64,000 bases of DNA, from positions 32,001-96,000 of the IMG/VR virus record IMGVR_UViG_3300025581_000001; one strand, written 5' to 3'. This stretch comes from a virus. The notes below the pieces were generated by a model. That model searched no databases and was not told the DNA's origin. It saw only the letters and a list, made by a program, of their open reading frames with translations. Position numbers and translations under genes: made by a program. Positions 25,901-36,098 of the stretch are shown here, one piece after another (within the stretch, counting starts at the first letter, position 1; every line of letters starts with the position of its first letter).

Positions 25901-28900
25901 GTTTTTAACCAGATGGAGCTGGGGGCGAAGAAGTTGGGCTCTGTGTTCGTACTGCTTGCCGAAGTACGTAACCCTTGGATTAAATTTGGGGATGCGGTCG
26001 ACCACTACAACGCGTCGGTCGGCAAAGCCGATGAGCACGCGACCAGTCAGACGTTTGAGATGAACAAGGCGTTGGTCGGGCCTCCGACTATTCCACTAGA
26101 GAAAGCAAAAGCTGACCTTACAGCTTATCGGAAATTGCTGGAGACTGCTAATAAGGAAATTGCTGCTACAGGAGGTGTACCGAAGACAGGCCCCATCTCT
26201 ACTGAGATGGCATCGCGGATTCAGAAGCGTGATGAGTATCAGAGGGGCATTACAACCATTCTCTTATCACGTCCAGAATTAACCTCTGCAGACACAAGTG
26301 GAGTGACAACTGGTGGAATTGACCCCGCTACTCGCGCGCAGAATATGCGCGATGCGCAAGCTGCGCTGAAGATTACCGAGCTGGTCGAGGACGAGAAGCT
26401 GAGTGTCGTCAAGCGGGGGCTCGAAGCGCAGCGCGACGCGCAGCAGCAGATGTTAAAGAGTGGTGAGACCGACCTCTTCAGCTACGTCCAGAAAATGAAG
26501 GGATACGTCGAGGCCGAGAAGAACGCGGAGCTTAGTCGTATCGATGCTGTAGAAAAAGCCAACAAAGAGATGCGGCAGGCTGAACTGGCTACGGGGGGTA
26601 TCACTCAGAAAGACTACTTGAATGCAACCGCTGTCGCTGCCAAGGAAGCGGCCAAGCAGAAGTCGGGGGTGGAAGAGGAAGCCGCCAAGAAGACGATGGC
26701 GCTTACTGACCAAGTCAACCAAGATAAGGTTGCTGCGGTAGCGGTTGCTGAGAATCGAGAAATTCAGATTCGCAAGGATGCTCTTGCTCTACAGCAGGAG
26801 ATGATAAAAGACGCCTACGACAAGCAACTGCTGAGTGTCAATACCTACCTTGCCAGTGAACGTGCTGCGATAGAGGAAACCTACAAGATCGAGGAAGATG
26901 CTGCTAGTGAAAAGTACTACCGTACCGAGCAAGGCCAGAAAGACTTGGAGCAGCTGGCTGCTGATTATACTGCTGCGCAGGCTAAGCGCGAGAAAAGTGT
27001 TACTACTCAAGCCAATAGCGAAGTACAGAAACGTGTTGCACGTGCTCAGCAAGACTATGAGACCGTAGCTGGTTTTCTCCAAGCACGTCAGCAGTTGCAG
27101 GTAGCGCAACGTGGTGGGCAGGAGCTGCCGGTAGCGCAGCAGCGCGATGACTTGGCTACGCAGATTGCGGCCCTCAGCAAGGCCATTGCTACTATGGCGG
27201 CTGACATTGCGACTGCTCCGGCGGGACAACGAATGCAGTTGGCTCCGCAGTTGATGGCGAAGCAGCAGGAGCTTATCCCGCTGCAGGTAAAGCAGGCGCA
27301 GCTGAATGAAGGGCCGATTCCTCTTTCCTCGGTGGGTGATTTGGCGTCCGCGCTTGGGCAACTTCCACAAGGCACGACTCGTGCTTTCAAGGGCGTGGGT
27401 GCGATACCGGAACTCATGCAGTGGATGACCAAACAGCAGCAGGCACAGAAGGAAGGTGCTGTGCCAGGGATTATTTCTGGGCCAATGCAGAATCTTGGAC
27501 TGCTGTTCCACGACTTGTTTACCAATGCTCATGGCCTGCCTGACGCCTTCAGGAACCTAGAGCAGTCATTGCTCCCTGCTATTCAGGCCATTGCCAGCTT
27601 TGCTTCTGCCGTACAGCAAGGGCCAGTGGCGGGGGCCATCGCGGGTGCGGGCATGGGCAAGATGCTGTTCAGCGGTGGAGGAATGTTCAGTGGGATTGGT
27701 TCTTTATTGAGTGGGTTGCATGGTAAAAAACAGAGTGATGGGTCTGTACCTGGCCCAGGACAACCTGTTGAGTTTGTAGATAAAGGCGCTCCAACTGGAA
27801 CTTCTGGAGTAGAAGGAGTGCCACCGGGAATGGGTTCTTCTGGGGTTACTTCCGAAGCGACTTCGGGTGCCTCCAGCGCTGTAGGTGGTGCTGTTAGTAG
27901 TATGGTTACAAAATTGGCCAGTAGCGTAGGTAGTTCGTTGCAAGGTCTCGGCGCGATGGCTGGGCCTATTGGTGCGGTTGCCGGTGCCGCTTTTGGTGCC
28001 ATCCTTTCCAGCATTGTTGAGAAGAAGCAGCGGGCAACAGAGAAGTACCTGCTGCAGATGCAGCTGGATTTCCAACGGATAACCTTGTCGCTGCAGACCG
28101 GCCAGATAGGCATGAACGAGGCTATCACCGAGGCCATTGCGCTGCGCAACGACGTGCAGGCGCAGATGAACAACTCCAGCAAGAAGAAGCGCAGCGCCTA
28201 CATGCAGGAGTTGCAGGGGTTCAACCAACAAATCCAGCAGCTGCAGGCACAGCAGGTGCAGCAGGTGCAGCAGATGTACGAGCAGGTGAATACCGTTGGG
28301 GCATCGCCGCTGAACGCATTCACTCAGCAGCTGCAGCAGATCATCCAGCAGTATGCGCAGTTCGCCGGGGCGGCGCGGAACACGCAGGACTTGGCATCAG
28401 CGACCGAGTGGCTGACCAAGTCATTGCAAGGCTATGCGCAGACTCAGTTGACCGCAATGAACCAGGCTGAGACCGGAGCCATTCAAGATGCTATCCAGCT
28501 GAATGACTTGTACACCCAGCGCAACCAGCTGCTGCAGCAGGAAGCCAACACTGAGTACAACATCATGACTCAAGGCATCCTGACCCGGCAGCAGACCACG
28601 GCGCAGAGCAAGATGGAGCAGATTGCCCTGATGAAGCAGCAGGACGCTATCCAGCTGCAGAACCTGAACGAGCAGATCGGTGCCGCGCAATTCCGGGTGG
28701 ATGCAGAGAAGAAAATTTTCAATCTAGCGACCACGCGAGTTGGACTGGAGATGCAGCTGTTGGCCATGCAGAATCAGTCGACCACCTTGCAGATGGCACA
28801 GGTTGCCGCTCTGCAGCAGGTGGTGATGGCGATGCAGAGTGGGAACTTCCAGAACATCCTGACCGGCGGACTGAACGTTAATCAGAACGCTCCGGGATAC

Positions 28901-29032
28901 CAGGCTTTCTGGAACCTGCTCAAGGCGCTAGGCATGCAGCCTTCCGACTTGATGAACCAGTTCCTCAAGCAGTTCAACGACATGAGTGGTTATGGCTTTG
29001 GTGGATTCTCTATCGTATCAGGTGGCGGATAA
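22991..29032 (+). CDS. Tape measure protein (about 2013 aa)
   Basis: Very long Ala/Gln/Gly-rich helical ORF after the chaperones; ATG 22991 directly after the previous stop. Confidence 0.85.
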   Translation: MADNPGRLLLVKAKVDLTAFKDSLKQMQNMVKSVNLALAPKAAATVSTGLKETLDAERQKQTAKQATLKVGDSSVVQEKSLRAELMRTMELRRQETVELQKQVTALREKVAAENALLHVQHEGVRQQTQRTIQQERALRQPTSYQGVIPTVVRSAPAVAQTVASAGASTGQSVETAAYQASLMRQMRLASVGKAPGGMPPASGLTASLTGGLMGGLGAGMPASEAARLQDQRARDLRLQQTVQRAIAVQIPTAVTKPSEVRTPSRVITPVAIKQPIETKQSVEVLPRLSMVETANLARAQAAKDKALRELRERTAAAHVVIPPPPPASLVEKDTLTGRFRAKSHPTEVVVPPTPIVPIRQPIVVPPLPVAAAKPSEVLIPPPARLVEKDPLTGRFRAKAPEVIVPPPPPVIPPVVFRQPVKPEVAPVTVKQPTEVLPQITTAQIMAQQRARELRMQTAPILQAPIPQGGWVEKDPATGHFRAKQQTPVAHPPSSPEQVRAQRAQESAFTRMTVQDAAAQVRLTQVTEGQKKALVLGSLDVQRDALRAQLRSQQISFVQYISQMKVLVAQEKATKLAAIAAEEKALLALLQTKLKVNAITPQAFQTQSSILNAQMGMQRTAVENASSRQLLMFNRQQPQLRGGKGEEGSLLRGMGMGITRSLGGGLVGSIATGLMFGGGTLMVFDQAARGIEHMMHSMKEFILASGPMQQVNAQFQTLAKGAGIDAPAFMDKLRASTHGLVDHMDLMRVATGALRSNLKLSDTDILRLVKDTTELARVQGKSVPQAMHMLDTALQTGQMRGVARFLGLNQRELMMNVAPRGATIQQREQLQMTQVRGAMESRLAKTGIAPETMTESFQKLKQAQSEFWEDFGQGMATSTGARAFIASLSKMADGIGGLSGMAKKLGETLGEAFAFVGRVLLSVIEDFGSLAKIIGLVVSQGVAGITSLGGAVGGLQGQLTGMKSVFSFMFEVFNQMELGAKKLGSVFVLLAEVRNPWIKFGDAVDHYNASVGKADEHATSQTFEMNKALVGPPTIPLEKAKADLTAYRKLLETANKEIAATGGVPKTGPISTEMASRIQKRDEYQRGITTILLSRPELTSADTSGVTTGGIDPATRAQNMRDAQAALKITELVEDEKLSVVKRGLEAQRDAQQQMLKSGETDLFSYVQKMKGYVEAEKNAELSRIDAVEKANKEMRQAELATGGITQKDYLNATAVAAKEAAKQKSGVEEEAAKKTMALTDQVNQDKVAAVAVAENREIQIRKDALALQQEMIKDAYDKQLLSVNTYLASERAAIEETYKIEEDAASEKYYRTEQGQKDLEQLAADYTAAQAKREKSVTTQANSEVQKRVARAQQDYETVAGFLQARQQLQVAQRGGQELPVAQQRDDLATQIAALSKAIATMAADIATAPAGQRMQLAPQLMAKQQELIPLQVKQAQLNEGPIPLSSVGDLASALGQLPQGTTRAFKGVGAIPELMQWMTKQQQAQKEGAVPGIISGPMQNLGLLFHDLFTNAHGLPDAFRNLEQSLLPAIQAIASFASAVQQGPVAGAIAGAGMGKMLFSGGGMFSGIGSLLSGLHGKKQSDGSVPGPGQPVEFVDKGAPTGTSGVEGVPPGMGSSGVTSEATSGASSAVGGAVSSMVTKLASSVGSSLQGLGAMAGPIGAVAGAAFGAILSSIVEKKQRATEKYLLQMQLDFQRITLSLQTGQIGMNEAITEAIALRNDVQAQMNNSSKKKRSAYMQELQGFNQQIQQLQAQQVQQVQQMYEQVNTVGASPLNAFTQQLQQIIQQYAQFAGAARNTQDLASATEWLTKSLQGYAQTQLTAMNQAETGAIQDAIQLNDLYTQRNQLLQQEANTEYNIMTQGILTRQQTTAQSKMEQIALMKQQDAIQLQNLNEQIGAAQFRVDAEKKIFNLATTRVGLEMQLLAMQNQSTTLQMAQVAALQQVVMAMQSGNFQNILTGGLNVNQNAPGYQAFWNLLKALGMQPSDLMNQFLKQFNDMSGYGFGGFSIVSGGG

Positions 29033-32000
29033 TGTTCAGAATCTTAATCGACAACCAAGACGGTAGCCCAGCAGTGGACTACGCACGCTATGTAGCCCCC
29101 AGCTCTATCGTGGTGCAGGACAAGCTTAACCAGCCCAGTACTATCCAGATGGTCTTACGTAACATCGACGATGCCTTTGTGACGCCGGTGCGTGAAGCCT
29201 ACGTGCGTATCTATTCGACCCGCTTTGGAAGGGTGCTGGCCACCGGCTTCGTTGCCCAGATACCGACGCAGACTTTCACCGGGCTGAACCACAATACTCC
29301 ATCGACTGCATGGCAGAGCTTCGATTATGCAATCACTGTGCAGTCCGACGACTACCTGTTGAACGCTAAGGCTAGTGAGTTCTTTCCGGCAGAGGTCGGA
29401 CTGGGTGATGGCCAGATCATGGCAGTGCTGGCTAATCGGCTGGCCCCTGGATTCTTCGACTGCACCTCTGATTCGGTGACCGGCGACTTGATACCATACT
29501 TCGCATACGACCCCAGCAAGAACTGGGGGCAGTACGCCAAGCAGTTCGCCGACGCTGCTCGTTATCGCGTGGGCATCCGCAATAAGCGCATGTTCTTCGC
29601 ACCCTACGGTGACCAGCCGCTGGGCATCGCCTACGACGAGAGTCGACCACAGAAGACATTTAAGACTAGTGGGTTGAACACCGCGCTGATGAATACTCAG
29701 TTGGCCAACGATTGCATCGTGATTGGTGCGGAGGAGCCAGGCAACAATCACGACGACTACTTCTGTGGTGATGGTTTCACTGGCAACTTCGGGCTGCGCC
29801 ACTTACTGTTTGAGGGCACATCGACCGACTTGATTAATGAGCCGTGGACGGGAAGTGCTATCGACTCTAAGCTGTGGGCGGTGGTCGACCCTACCGACGC
29901 GTTCTTCATGGCAGGCACGCTGAACGTGGTCGGCGGGCCGGGGCAGTATGTCAGTGGCAGCGACGTGTGGGGCTCGTCCTACATCTTGTCCAACAGCGCC
30001 ATTGAGCTGGGAGGCAAGCTGGTCATCGAGCACGGAGAAGTTGTTCCTATCGACTCGACGCGGGCGTTGATCGGTGGTCTGTATGAGAAGACCAGCTCGC
30101 GGATGCCAACGGTTAACCTGTTGAATTTTGGGGACAATTTTACCGAAGCGAGCTGGAGTGTTTCTGGTGGCAGCGTTAGTGGAAGCAACATCGTGACGTT
30201 TGATCATGCTAGCAGCGTTGTGGAGCAGGTTGTCGGCCCACTTGCGACCTACGCTGAAACTTTCACCATTTCCTTCTCAGCATCATCGCTGTCGCCACCT
30301 ACACCTGAGTTACAGGTTAGTGTTGTGGACATAGAGACCGGTGCTGAGGTTATTAACAGCGTTGCGGTATTACACAGTGATGTGTCGTTCTTTAGCTTTA
30401 GTGGCCAGTTTCCTTTTGGACTTGGGTCTGCTGTTCCTATACCCGGAGATCATCTGAGGGTTAGATTTTCTAATCGTGGTTCGAGTTCGATCACCGTCGA
30501 TATTCAAAACACGCAGTTGGAATACGGTGGCGAGTCGACTCCATATGTTGACACTCAAGATGAAGCGAATTGGGCAATGACCGATGTTTTCCTCCCTTAC
30601 GAGGGTTGCATTGCGGGGTTCGACTTGCGGGACGGCCCGTCGGGAGTAATTCCGTCGGTGTCCGGTGCAGAAGGCGTGGCCATTCAGCCGGTGTTCAATG
30701 GGGCGCTGGTCGCCGGAGTGCCTGTTCTGGCGATGGATGTTTCACAGGTGCAGGTGTTTAGTGGGACAAACTCGCAAGTCGAGGTGACGCTGGGAGCTAA
30801 CTGCCCGTTCATCGTTGGTCAATGGATTACTTTCGAGGAGCTTGAAGGCTACACCCGATTGAACGGCAGAAGTTACCAGCTGACCTCAACTGACGGCCCT
30901 ACTGGGCCTCACTTTTGGTTCTATTTGGGGTACTCCGCCCCAGCATATGGCCCTACTGTCGATACCGGAAGCGTTAGCGCGTTGGGCGCAAATTTCCCGC
31001 TGCTGACCAAGATCAATCATAACTATACGTTGCGCACGATAGTTAGCTGCTACAACCAGAGCCGTTATGACACCGTCTATCGGACTCTGGCCGGGACTCC
31101 ATATGGTGGCAACAACACGGTGGCGCTGGCCGATATCACCTGGGTGATCGACGACCTCGACCTGACTTACCCGTGGGCTAATCCGGTGGAGTACCGGCTC
31201 ACTATCAAAAAGGTGCCGGTGCCGTCGTTCGTGCGCTACGCACCAATCAACAACTACGACGGCAACATGACTCTCAGCTATACCTCGGCGTATTTCCCGC
31301 CGCAAGGATCAGCGCAGGTGCAGTCGTTCTACAAATTTGTGAATGCAGCATCGCAGGCTCCATTGGCCGGATTCCCGTGGCCACCGTCTTACGACATGGT
31401 CGCGTCGCTGCCGCTGCTCGACTACGAGATGGGTTTCGGAATCTATGGAGCGAAGGCGTCGATTCAGAGCGCACAACAGGGAGCCGATAGCAGTCAGCTG
31501 GCGTTTTACTCCAACAACCTGCCTTCGCTGGGATCACGCATCCGCTTCCAGTCATGGGAGGCGCAGGCGGCTGTAGCTCGTGTGCAGAGTATTGCGTCGA
31601 TCACTGCGCAGGCGGCGATTGTGGGCGATGATGGTGACCGCATGACAGTGTTCACTGACTTCAATCCCCCGCCACGCACCAGCGAGGAGTGTGAGCTGGC
31701 AGGGGCGCAGGCCATCGCCGACCGAGTAGACCCGACCTACCAAGGGTCATACACGCTGGAGCATACTTTCTTCGACTTCCTTAACTACGATTATCCGCGC
31801 TCCGGTAGGCTGCTGAACATCAACGCGCCGGAGCGCGACATTGTTTATCGCGACTTTATCGTGAATGAAGTGCAGTTCACCATCACCGAGTTGTTCGAGG
31901 AGCAGATGATGGTGCAGCTAACCTTCTCGCCGTCGAAGTACCTGCCGACCTTGCTGCAGCAGTTCTTGCCTACTCCGGTCGGTGTGCTGACCGCGACCGA

Positions 32001-32865
32001 TACCCTGAATCCGCCGACACCCATCGAGCTGGCGCAGATCGGGCTGGCGTTTGCACCAGACTTAGATAATCTGCGACTTGAAGCTCCGTGGGATGTGTCG
32101 GCAGCAGGCTTCGATGGAAGCAGGATTTACGTTGCGATTAACGATCCAACTATCAATGCAATCGAAGTTAGACGAACTAACAATGGCTGGGGCACGAACA
32201 ACCGAGACCTGATTGGAAGATTCACTACTCAGAATTTTACACTGCCAAGGCTGACGTTCGAACAGTCTTGGTACATGCGAGCAATAAAGCTAGGGGTGCC
32301 CAGTTATGGGATAGATTCGCTTGGGTTTGGCTATCTGCCCCATGGTAACTACTATCTTGTGACTACGAGTGTAATCAATGGCGTCGAAGGGCCACCGTTT
32401 CTGGAGTTGCCGATTGCATTAACTGTTGGCAACGCGATAGACCTTGGGTTCTTGACGAGTACGACCAGGGCATATCTGACTGCCGGATTACCGGGGAGCG
32501 AGAGGTTCTACACTGAGTTTTCGGCTGGTCATGCGTATATCACGATTTTTCCCACTACACCAGGAACCCCGCCTTTACCACCGATGTCGCGCCGGGCCAA
32601 AGTAGTCCGGGTGTACGCTCCACTAATTCCACAGCCACCGATTCTCGACCCGACGCAGCCGGTGAACCCCGACAACTACACGGTGCCTGACCAGATCAAG
32701 TTCTGGTTCGCCTTCAACGGCGATATCAGGAATATCTATGGTATTGAGATTCGGGGTGCTGACGACCGTACCGTGCTGTTGCGGCAGCCAGTGGTATCGC
32801 CCTACGACTTGATCTGGACGTATTCCTTGCAGACCGCTGGGACGCTGGCGGGATCGGAGATGTAA
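29032..32865 (+). CDS. Tail tip/hub protein with inserted accessory domains
   Basis: 1277 aa beta-rich ORF after tape measure; NLL...QLEYG..TPY segment and FCCH-like segment. Confidence 0.7.
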   Translation: MFRILIDNQDGSPAVDYARYVAPSSIVVQDKLNQPSTIQMVLRNIDDAFVTPVREAYVRIYSTRFGRVLATGFVAQIPTQTFTGLNHNTPSTAWQSFDYAITVQSDDYLLNAKASEFFPAEVGLGDGQIMAVLANRLAPGFFDCTSDSVTGDLIPYFAYDPSKNWGQYAKQFADAARYRVGIRNKRMFFAPYGDQPLGIAYDESRPQKTFKTSGLNTALMNTQLANDCIVIGAEEPGNNHDDYFCGDGFTGNFGLRHLLFEGTSTDLINEPWTGSAIDSKLWAVVDPTDAFFMAGTLNVVGGPGQYVSGSDVWGSSYILSNSAIELGGKLVIEHGEVVPIDSTRALIGGLYEKTSSRMPTVNLLNFGDNFTEASWSVSGGSVSGSNIVTFDHASSVVEQVVGPLATYAETFTISFSASSLSPPTPELQVSVVDIETGAEVINSVAVLHSDVSFFSFSGQFPFGLGSAVPIPGDHLRVRFSNRGSSSITVDIQNTQLEYGGESTPYVDTQDEANWAMTDVFLPYEGCIAGFDLRDGPSGVIPSVSGAEGVAIQPVFNGALVAGVPVLAMDVSQVQVFSGTNSQVEVTLGANCPFIVGQWITFEELEGYTRLNGRSYQLTSTDGPTGPHFWFYLGYSAPAYGPTVDTGSVSALGANFPLLTKINHNYTLRTIVSCYNQSRYDTVYRTLAGTPYGGNNTVALADITWVIDDLDLTYPWANPVEYRLTIKKVPVPSFVRYAPINNYDGNMTLSYTSAYFPPQGSAQVQSFYKFVNAASQAPLAGFPWPPSYDMVASLPLLDYEMGFGIYGAKASIQSAQQGADSSQLAFYSNNLPSLGSRIRFQSWEAQAAVARVQSIASITAQAAIVGDDGDRMTVFTDFNPPPRTSEECELAGAQAIADRVDPTYQGSYTLEHTFFDFLNYDYPRSGRLLNINAPERDIVYRDFIVNEVQFTITELFEEQMMVQLTFSPSKYLPTLLQQFLPTPVGVLTATDTLNPPTPIELAQIGLAFAPDLDNLRLEAPWDVSAAGFDGSRIYVAINDPTINAIEVRRTNNGWGTNNRDLIGRFTTQNFTLPRLTFEQSWYMRAIKLGVPSYGIDSLGFGYLPHGNYYLVTTSVINGVEGPPFLELPIALTVGNAIDLGFLTSTTRAYLTAGLPGSERFYTEFSAGHAYITIFPTTPGTPPLPPMSRRAKVVRVYAPLIPQPPILDPTQPVNPDNYTVPDQIKFWFAFNGDIRNIYGIEIRGADDRTVLLRQPVVSPYDLIWTYSLQTAGTLAGSEM

Positions 32866-33677
32866 TGGCACATAATCCTCATGTAGCGCTTGTGACGATA
32901 GAGAACATGATGAACCAGTTACTCGTGCTGGCTGCGGCGGGTGGGTTCATTAGCATCTACACTGGAGCGCGTCCGGGTGTGGCAGGCGGAGGGCTGAACG
33001 AGAGCAATGTGCTGTTGGTTACTCTAGCGATGGCGAATCCCGCGTTCGGCTATAGCTCCTCTGGAGTGTCGACTGCGAATCCGATTACAGATGGTACTGC
33101 TGCGGCTAAAGGGGTGCCGACTTGGTTTCGCATGTTTGAGGCTGACGGGGTTACTCCAGTTATGGATGGCTCGGCAGGGCATGATAGCAGCTACGACTTA
33201 AGCCTGAGTGTATCTGAAATCGATCCGGGCATTGTGGTGTCGATTACCTCATTCGTAGTTCGCCAGCCAATTGGTAGTCCCTTTGTGGATGTTGCTCCGG
33301 GAGTTGCGAATCTGATGCTCAACTGGATTGCGAACTATGCGAATAACGGATTCATAAAGGTGTACAGTGGCACGCAGGCAGCAAGCGCGGATGACGCGGT
33401 GCCGGGAGGCGATGTGCTGCTGGCTACGCTTGACTTGGGCAATCCCGCCGTCGACTCGATAGTTGATGGTGAGATGGCGTTCTCACCGATTGCGCCTGGT
33501 TATGGACTTGTCAATGAGACGCCTACATGGTTCCGCATGTATCAGTCGAACGGGACGACGGTGTTGCTCGATGGCTCTGCAGGGTTCGGCGGAGAGTTCG
33601 ATCTGCTGCTGGGCAGCGCGGTGATTTCAATCGGCCAGGAAGTACAAGTCGCATCTCTGGTGATGATTCAGAACTAG
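32865..33677 (+). CDS. Minor tail protein made of two tandem ~135-aa domains
   Basis: Both halves carry GFIx(I/V)Y(T/S)G...LLxTLxxxNPA...PTWFRM...DGSAG...DLxL. Confidence 0.7.
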   Translation: MAHNPHVALVTIENMMNQLLVLAAAGGFISIYTGARPGVAGGGLNESNVLLVTLAMANPAFGYSSSGVSTANPITDGTAAAKGVPTWFRMFEADGVTPVMDGSAGHDSSYDLSLSVSEIDPGIVVSITSFVVRQPIGSPFVDVAPGVANLMLNWIANYANNGFIKVYSGTQAASADDAVPGGDVLLATLDLGNPAVDSIVDGEMAFSPIAPGYGLVNETPTWFRMYQSNGTTVLLDGSAGFGGEFDLLLGSAVISIGQEVQVASLVMIQN

Positions 33678-33686
33678 GTAAAAATT

Positions 33687-36098
33687 ATGAGCTTTCCTGC
33701 TACACTTCCCGGCTTTGTCGCCTTCGATCCGGCTGGCTACACGCATAGCCAAGTTACCTGCATCAACACCAGTGGCGTGGCGGCTGGCAACTGTTCCGAT
33801 AGCAGCTACAACTCTAAAGGCTTTGTGCGTGCTGCCGATGGGACGATCACAATCTTTGGCCCATCCACCTATGGCACCCAGCCCACCTGCATCAACGATG
33901 CTGGCGTGATTGGTGGGTACTACGTAGACAGCGGCGGTGCGCAGCGTCTATTCGTTATTGGTCCACCCTATGGTTCAGGCGACTTTACGTCGATTAGCCC
34001 CGCAGGGTGGGAGACGAGTGGCGATCCCAATACGATGGAGATCAGGGGGATTAATAGCAGCGGCACGGTGTGTGGCTTCTTCTATCTGCATTCAGGAGGA
34101 GGGGAACACGGTTTCGTTCTGGCACCGCCTTACACTGCCAGTCCGACCATTCTGAATGATCCAAGTGGCCATACCTATGTTTTCGGTATTAACGACAGCG
34201 GAATGGTTACAGGTCAGTCGACTCATGGCCCGTCGAGCATGTATTCTCATGGTTTCGTCGCATCTTCACCTTACTCAAGTTTTACAGACTTTGATGTGAC
34301 TGGTGGTTCTATTACTGGTTCCACTTGTGGCTATGCTATCAACAATTCTGGGGTGGTGGTAGGCGCTGGAGTCTATGGTTCCCCGTCTCTGCCTTGTTTT
34401 GTTCGTGCCGCCGACGGCACCATCACCACCTTCGATCCTTCGGTGGGAGCGGGATACCAATGTTTAGGTTTATGCATAAATTCGTCTGGAGTGGTTGCTG
34501 GTGGTTGGCGTGGCACCCCGTGGAAGGGATTTATCGCTGTTGCGCCCTATGGTCCAACCAATATCACGGCTGTGCCTGACCCTCCAGGGACTTATGAGGG
34601 TACAGGTAATGGCACGGTAGTTTTTGCTATCAATGCAGGTGGAGTCCCGGCTGGGGACTACAGTACTGGTAGTTTCATATTTCACAGCTTCATCGGGTGG
34701 TATACACCCCCTCCGCCGTCTATTTCTGGCACCGCCAACGTCTACTTGCTGCCACTGTTTATCGGAGGGCTAGACGCTAGAGTGCAGCAGTTTGGTATTC
34801 GCTACATCAGTACGATGGGTGACTACTCCGATCCGTTGCATGTGACAGTAACTACGCCACCGCCCGACCCACCGGAGTTAACTTTAGGGGCTAAGATGGC
34901 GACTCACGTTGTACTACAGTTGTCTCCAGCAAACTACGACACGGGGCCGTTCGCCAATCAAGCGCGCAAGGACATTCTGTCGACTACTCTTCAGTACTCG
35001 CATGATTCAGCTTTTGTTACTGGTGTATTCTCTCTTTCAGCGGCAGGCAACATCACCGAGGCCAACTTTGTGGTGCCAGACTCTATTGCCGATTGGTACG
35101 TGCAGGGTCAGCGCGCCGATGGCTTTGGTAACGGTGGGTGGGGGCCGACGCTCACCGTGCCGTTGGTCAACATTATCGACAGTGGATTTATGCGTGGGCA
35201 GGGTTCGATTATCCCTGCGCTTGACAGCTTAGTTACTGCGCTATTCACGTATACCGCGACCTCGATTGGTGGAGGAGGCCCGAATACCGGCGAGATCGTA
35301 GTGATCTGGCCTACCTTTGAGATTGAATACGCCGACACTTCCATGCAAGTGCTCGTCTCTGGCGGCCTGGACTCAGGAGCAACGCTTGCGGCTTCCGGTA
35401 GTGGGCCGACTAACTACAACTTGTTTCCCAAGGTAGCCCCGATAAATGGCTCACCTGTAGAATTCGATAATCCTAGCGGCGTTCCTGGTGGCTGGTGCAT
35501 ACCAGACAGCTCTGCCGATCTAGTCACTGCCGCTGCCGATGTGCAAAGGGACGGTGAGGTCAGCTTAGGGGGTTCCGACCTGTCGTTCGTCGCTATCGTC
35601 CCGGCAGCTGGAGGTGGGGGAGGAGGTGGTGGCAGTGGGGGCGGCGGCGGCGGAGGTCACCAGTGCATCGTGTTCGGAGAGAAAGTTGTGGTCGCTGCAC
35701 GTGGCGAGACTCCGGTCGAGTTACTGGCGGTGGGCGATCTGGTATTGGGGGCCGACCCAGAGACAGGACTAGAACAGTGGAACGCAGTCGAGAGCCTAGC
35801 CTTCGGCGAAGCAGATTGCGTAGCCCTGAGCATTAAAGAAGATAAGTGTGTTAAGCTTTCCAAGTCCGCCCTTTGTCCGGTACGTGACGACTTGGCCGTG
35901 GCGCATAAGCTTGTCCGAGCGGGAGTCGTTAATGGAAGGCATAGCATGTTCCGTCGTGGGGTTTCATACTGGCAGCAAGTTTCTGGCCTCGTTGACTTAG
36001 GGCCACTGCGGGTGGTGCAGGTCAAGTTGCGGCCTCGTCCTTGGATGTTGGTGAATGGAATACTGTTGCACAACTCGCTTAAGATACAGACCAACTGA
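33687..36098 (+). CDS. Receptor-binding/tail protein: HAF-like beta-propeller repeats, Ig/FN3-like region, poly-Gly linker, C-terminal Hint domain
   Basis: Seven IN(D/S/N/T/A)xGxxxG repeats; C-terminal CIVFGEKV...LAVGDLV...MLVNGILLHN-S. Confidence 0.75.
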   Translation: MSFPATLPGFVAFDPAGYTHSQVTCINTSGVAAGNCSDSSYNSKGFVRAADGTITIFGPSTYGTQPTCINDAGVIGGYYVDSGGAQRLFVIGPPYGSGDFTSISPAGWETSGDPNTMEIRGINSSGTVCGFFYLHSGGGEHGFVLAPPYTASPTILNDPSGHTYVFGINDSGMVTGQSTHGPSSMYSHGFVASSPYSSFTDFDVTGGSITGSTCGYAINNSGVVVGAGVYGSPSLPCFVRAADGTITTFDPSVGAGYQCLGLCINSSGVVAGGWRGTPWKGFIAVAPYGPTNITAVPDPPGTYEGTGNGTVVFAINAGGVPAGDYSTGSFIFHSFIGWYTPPPPSISGTANVYLLPLFIGGLDARVQQFGIRYISTMGDYSDPLHVTVTTPPPDPPELTLGAKMATHVVLQLSPANYDTGPFANQARKDILSTTLQYSHDSAFVTGVFSLSAAGNITEANFVVPDSIADWYVQGQRADGFGNGGWGPTLTVPLVNIIDSGFMRGQGSIIPALDSLVTALFTYTATSIGGGGPNTGEIVVIWPTFEIEYADTSMQVLVSGGLDSGATLAASGSGPTNYNLFPKVAPINGSPVEFDNPSGVPGGWCIPDSSADLVTAAADVQRDGEVSLGGSDLSFVAIVPAAGGGGGGGGSGGGGGGGHQCIVFGEKVVVAARGETPVELLAVGDLVLGADPETGLEQWNAVESLAFGEADCVALSIKEDKCVKLSKSALCPVRDDLAVAHKLVRAGVVNGRHSMFRRGVSYWQQVSGLVDLGPLRVVQVKLRPRPWMLVNGILLHNSLKIQTN

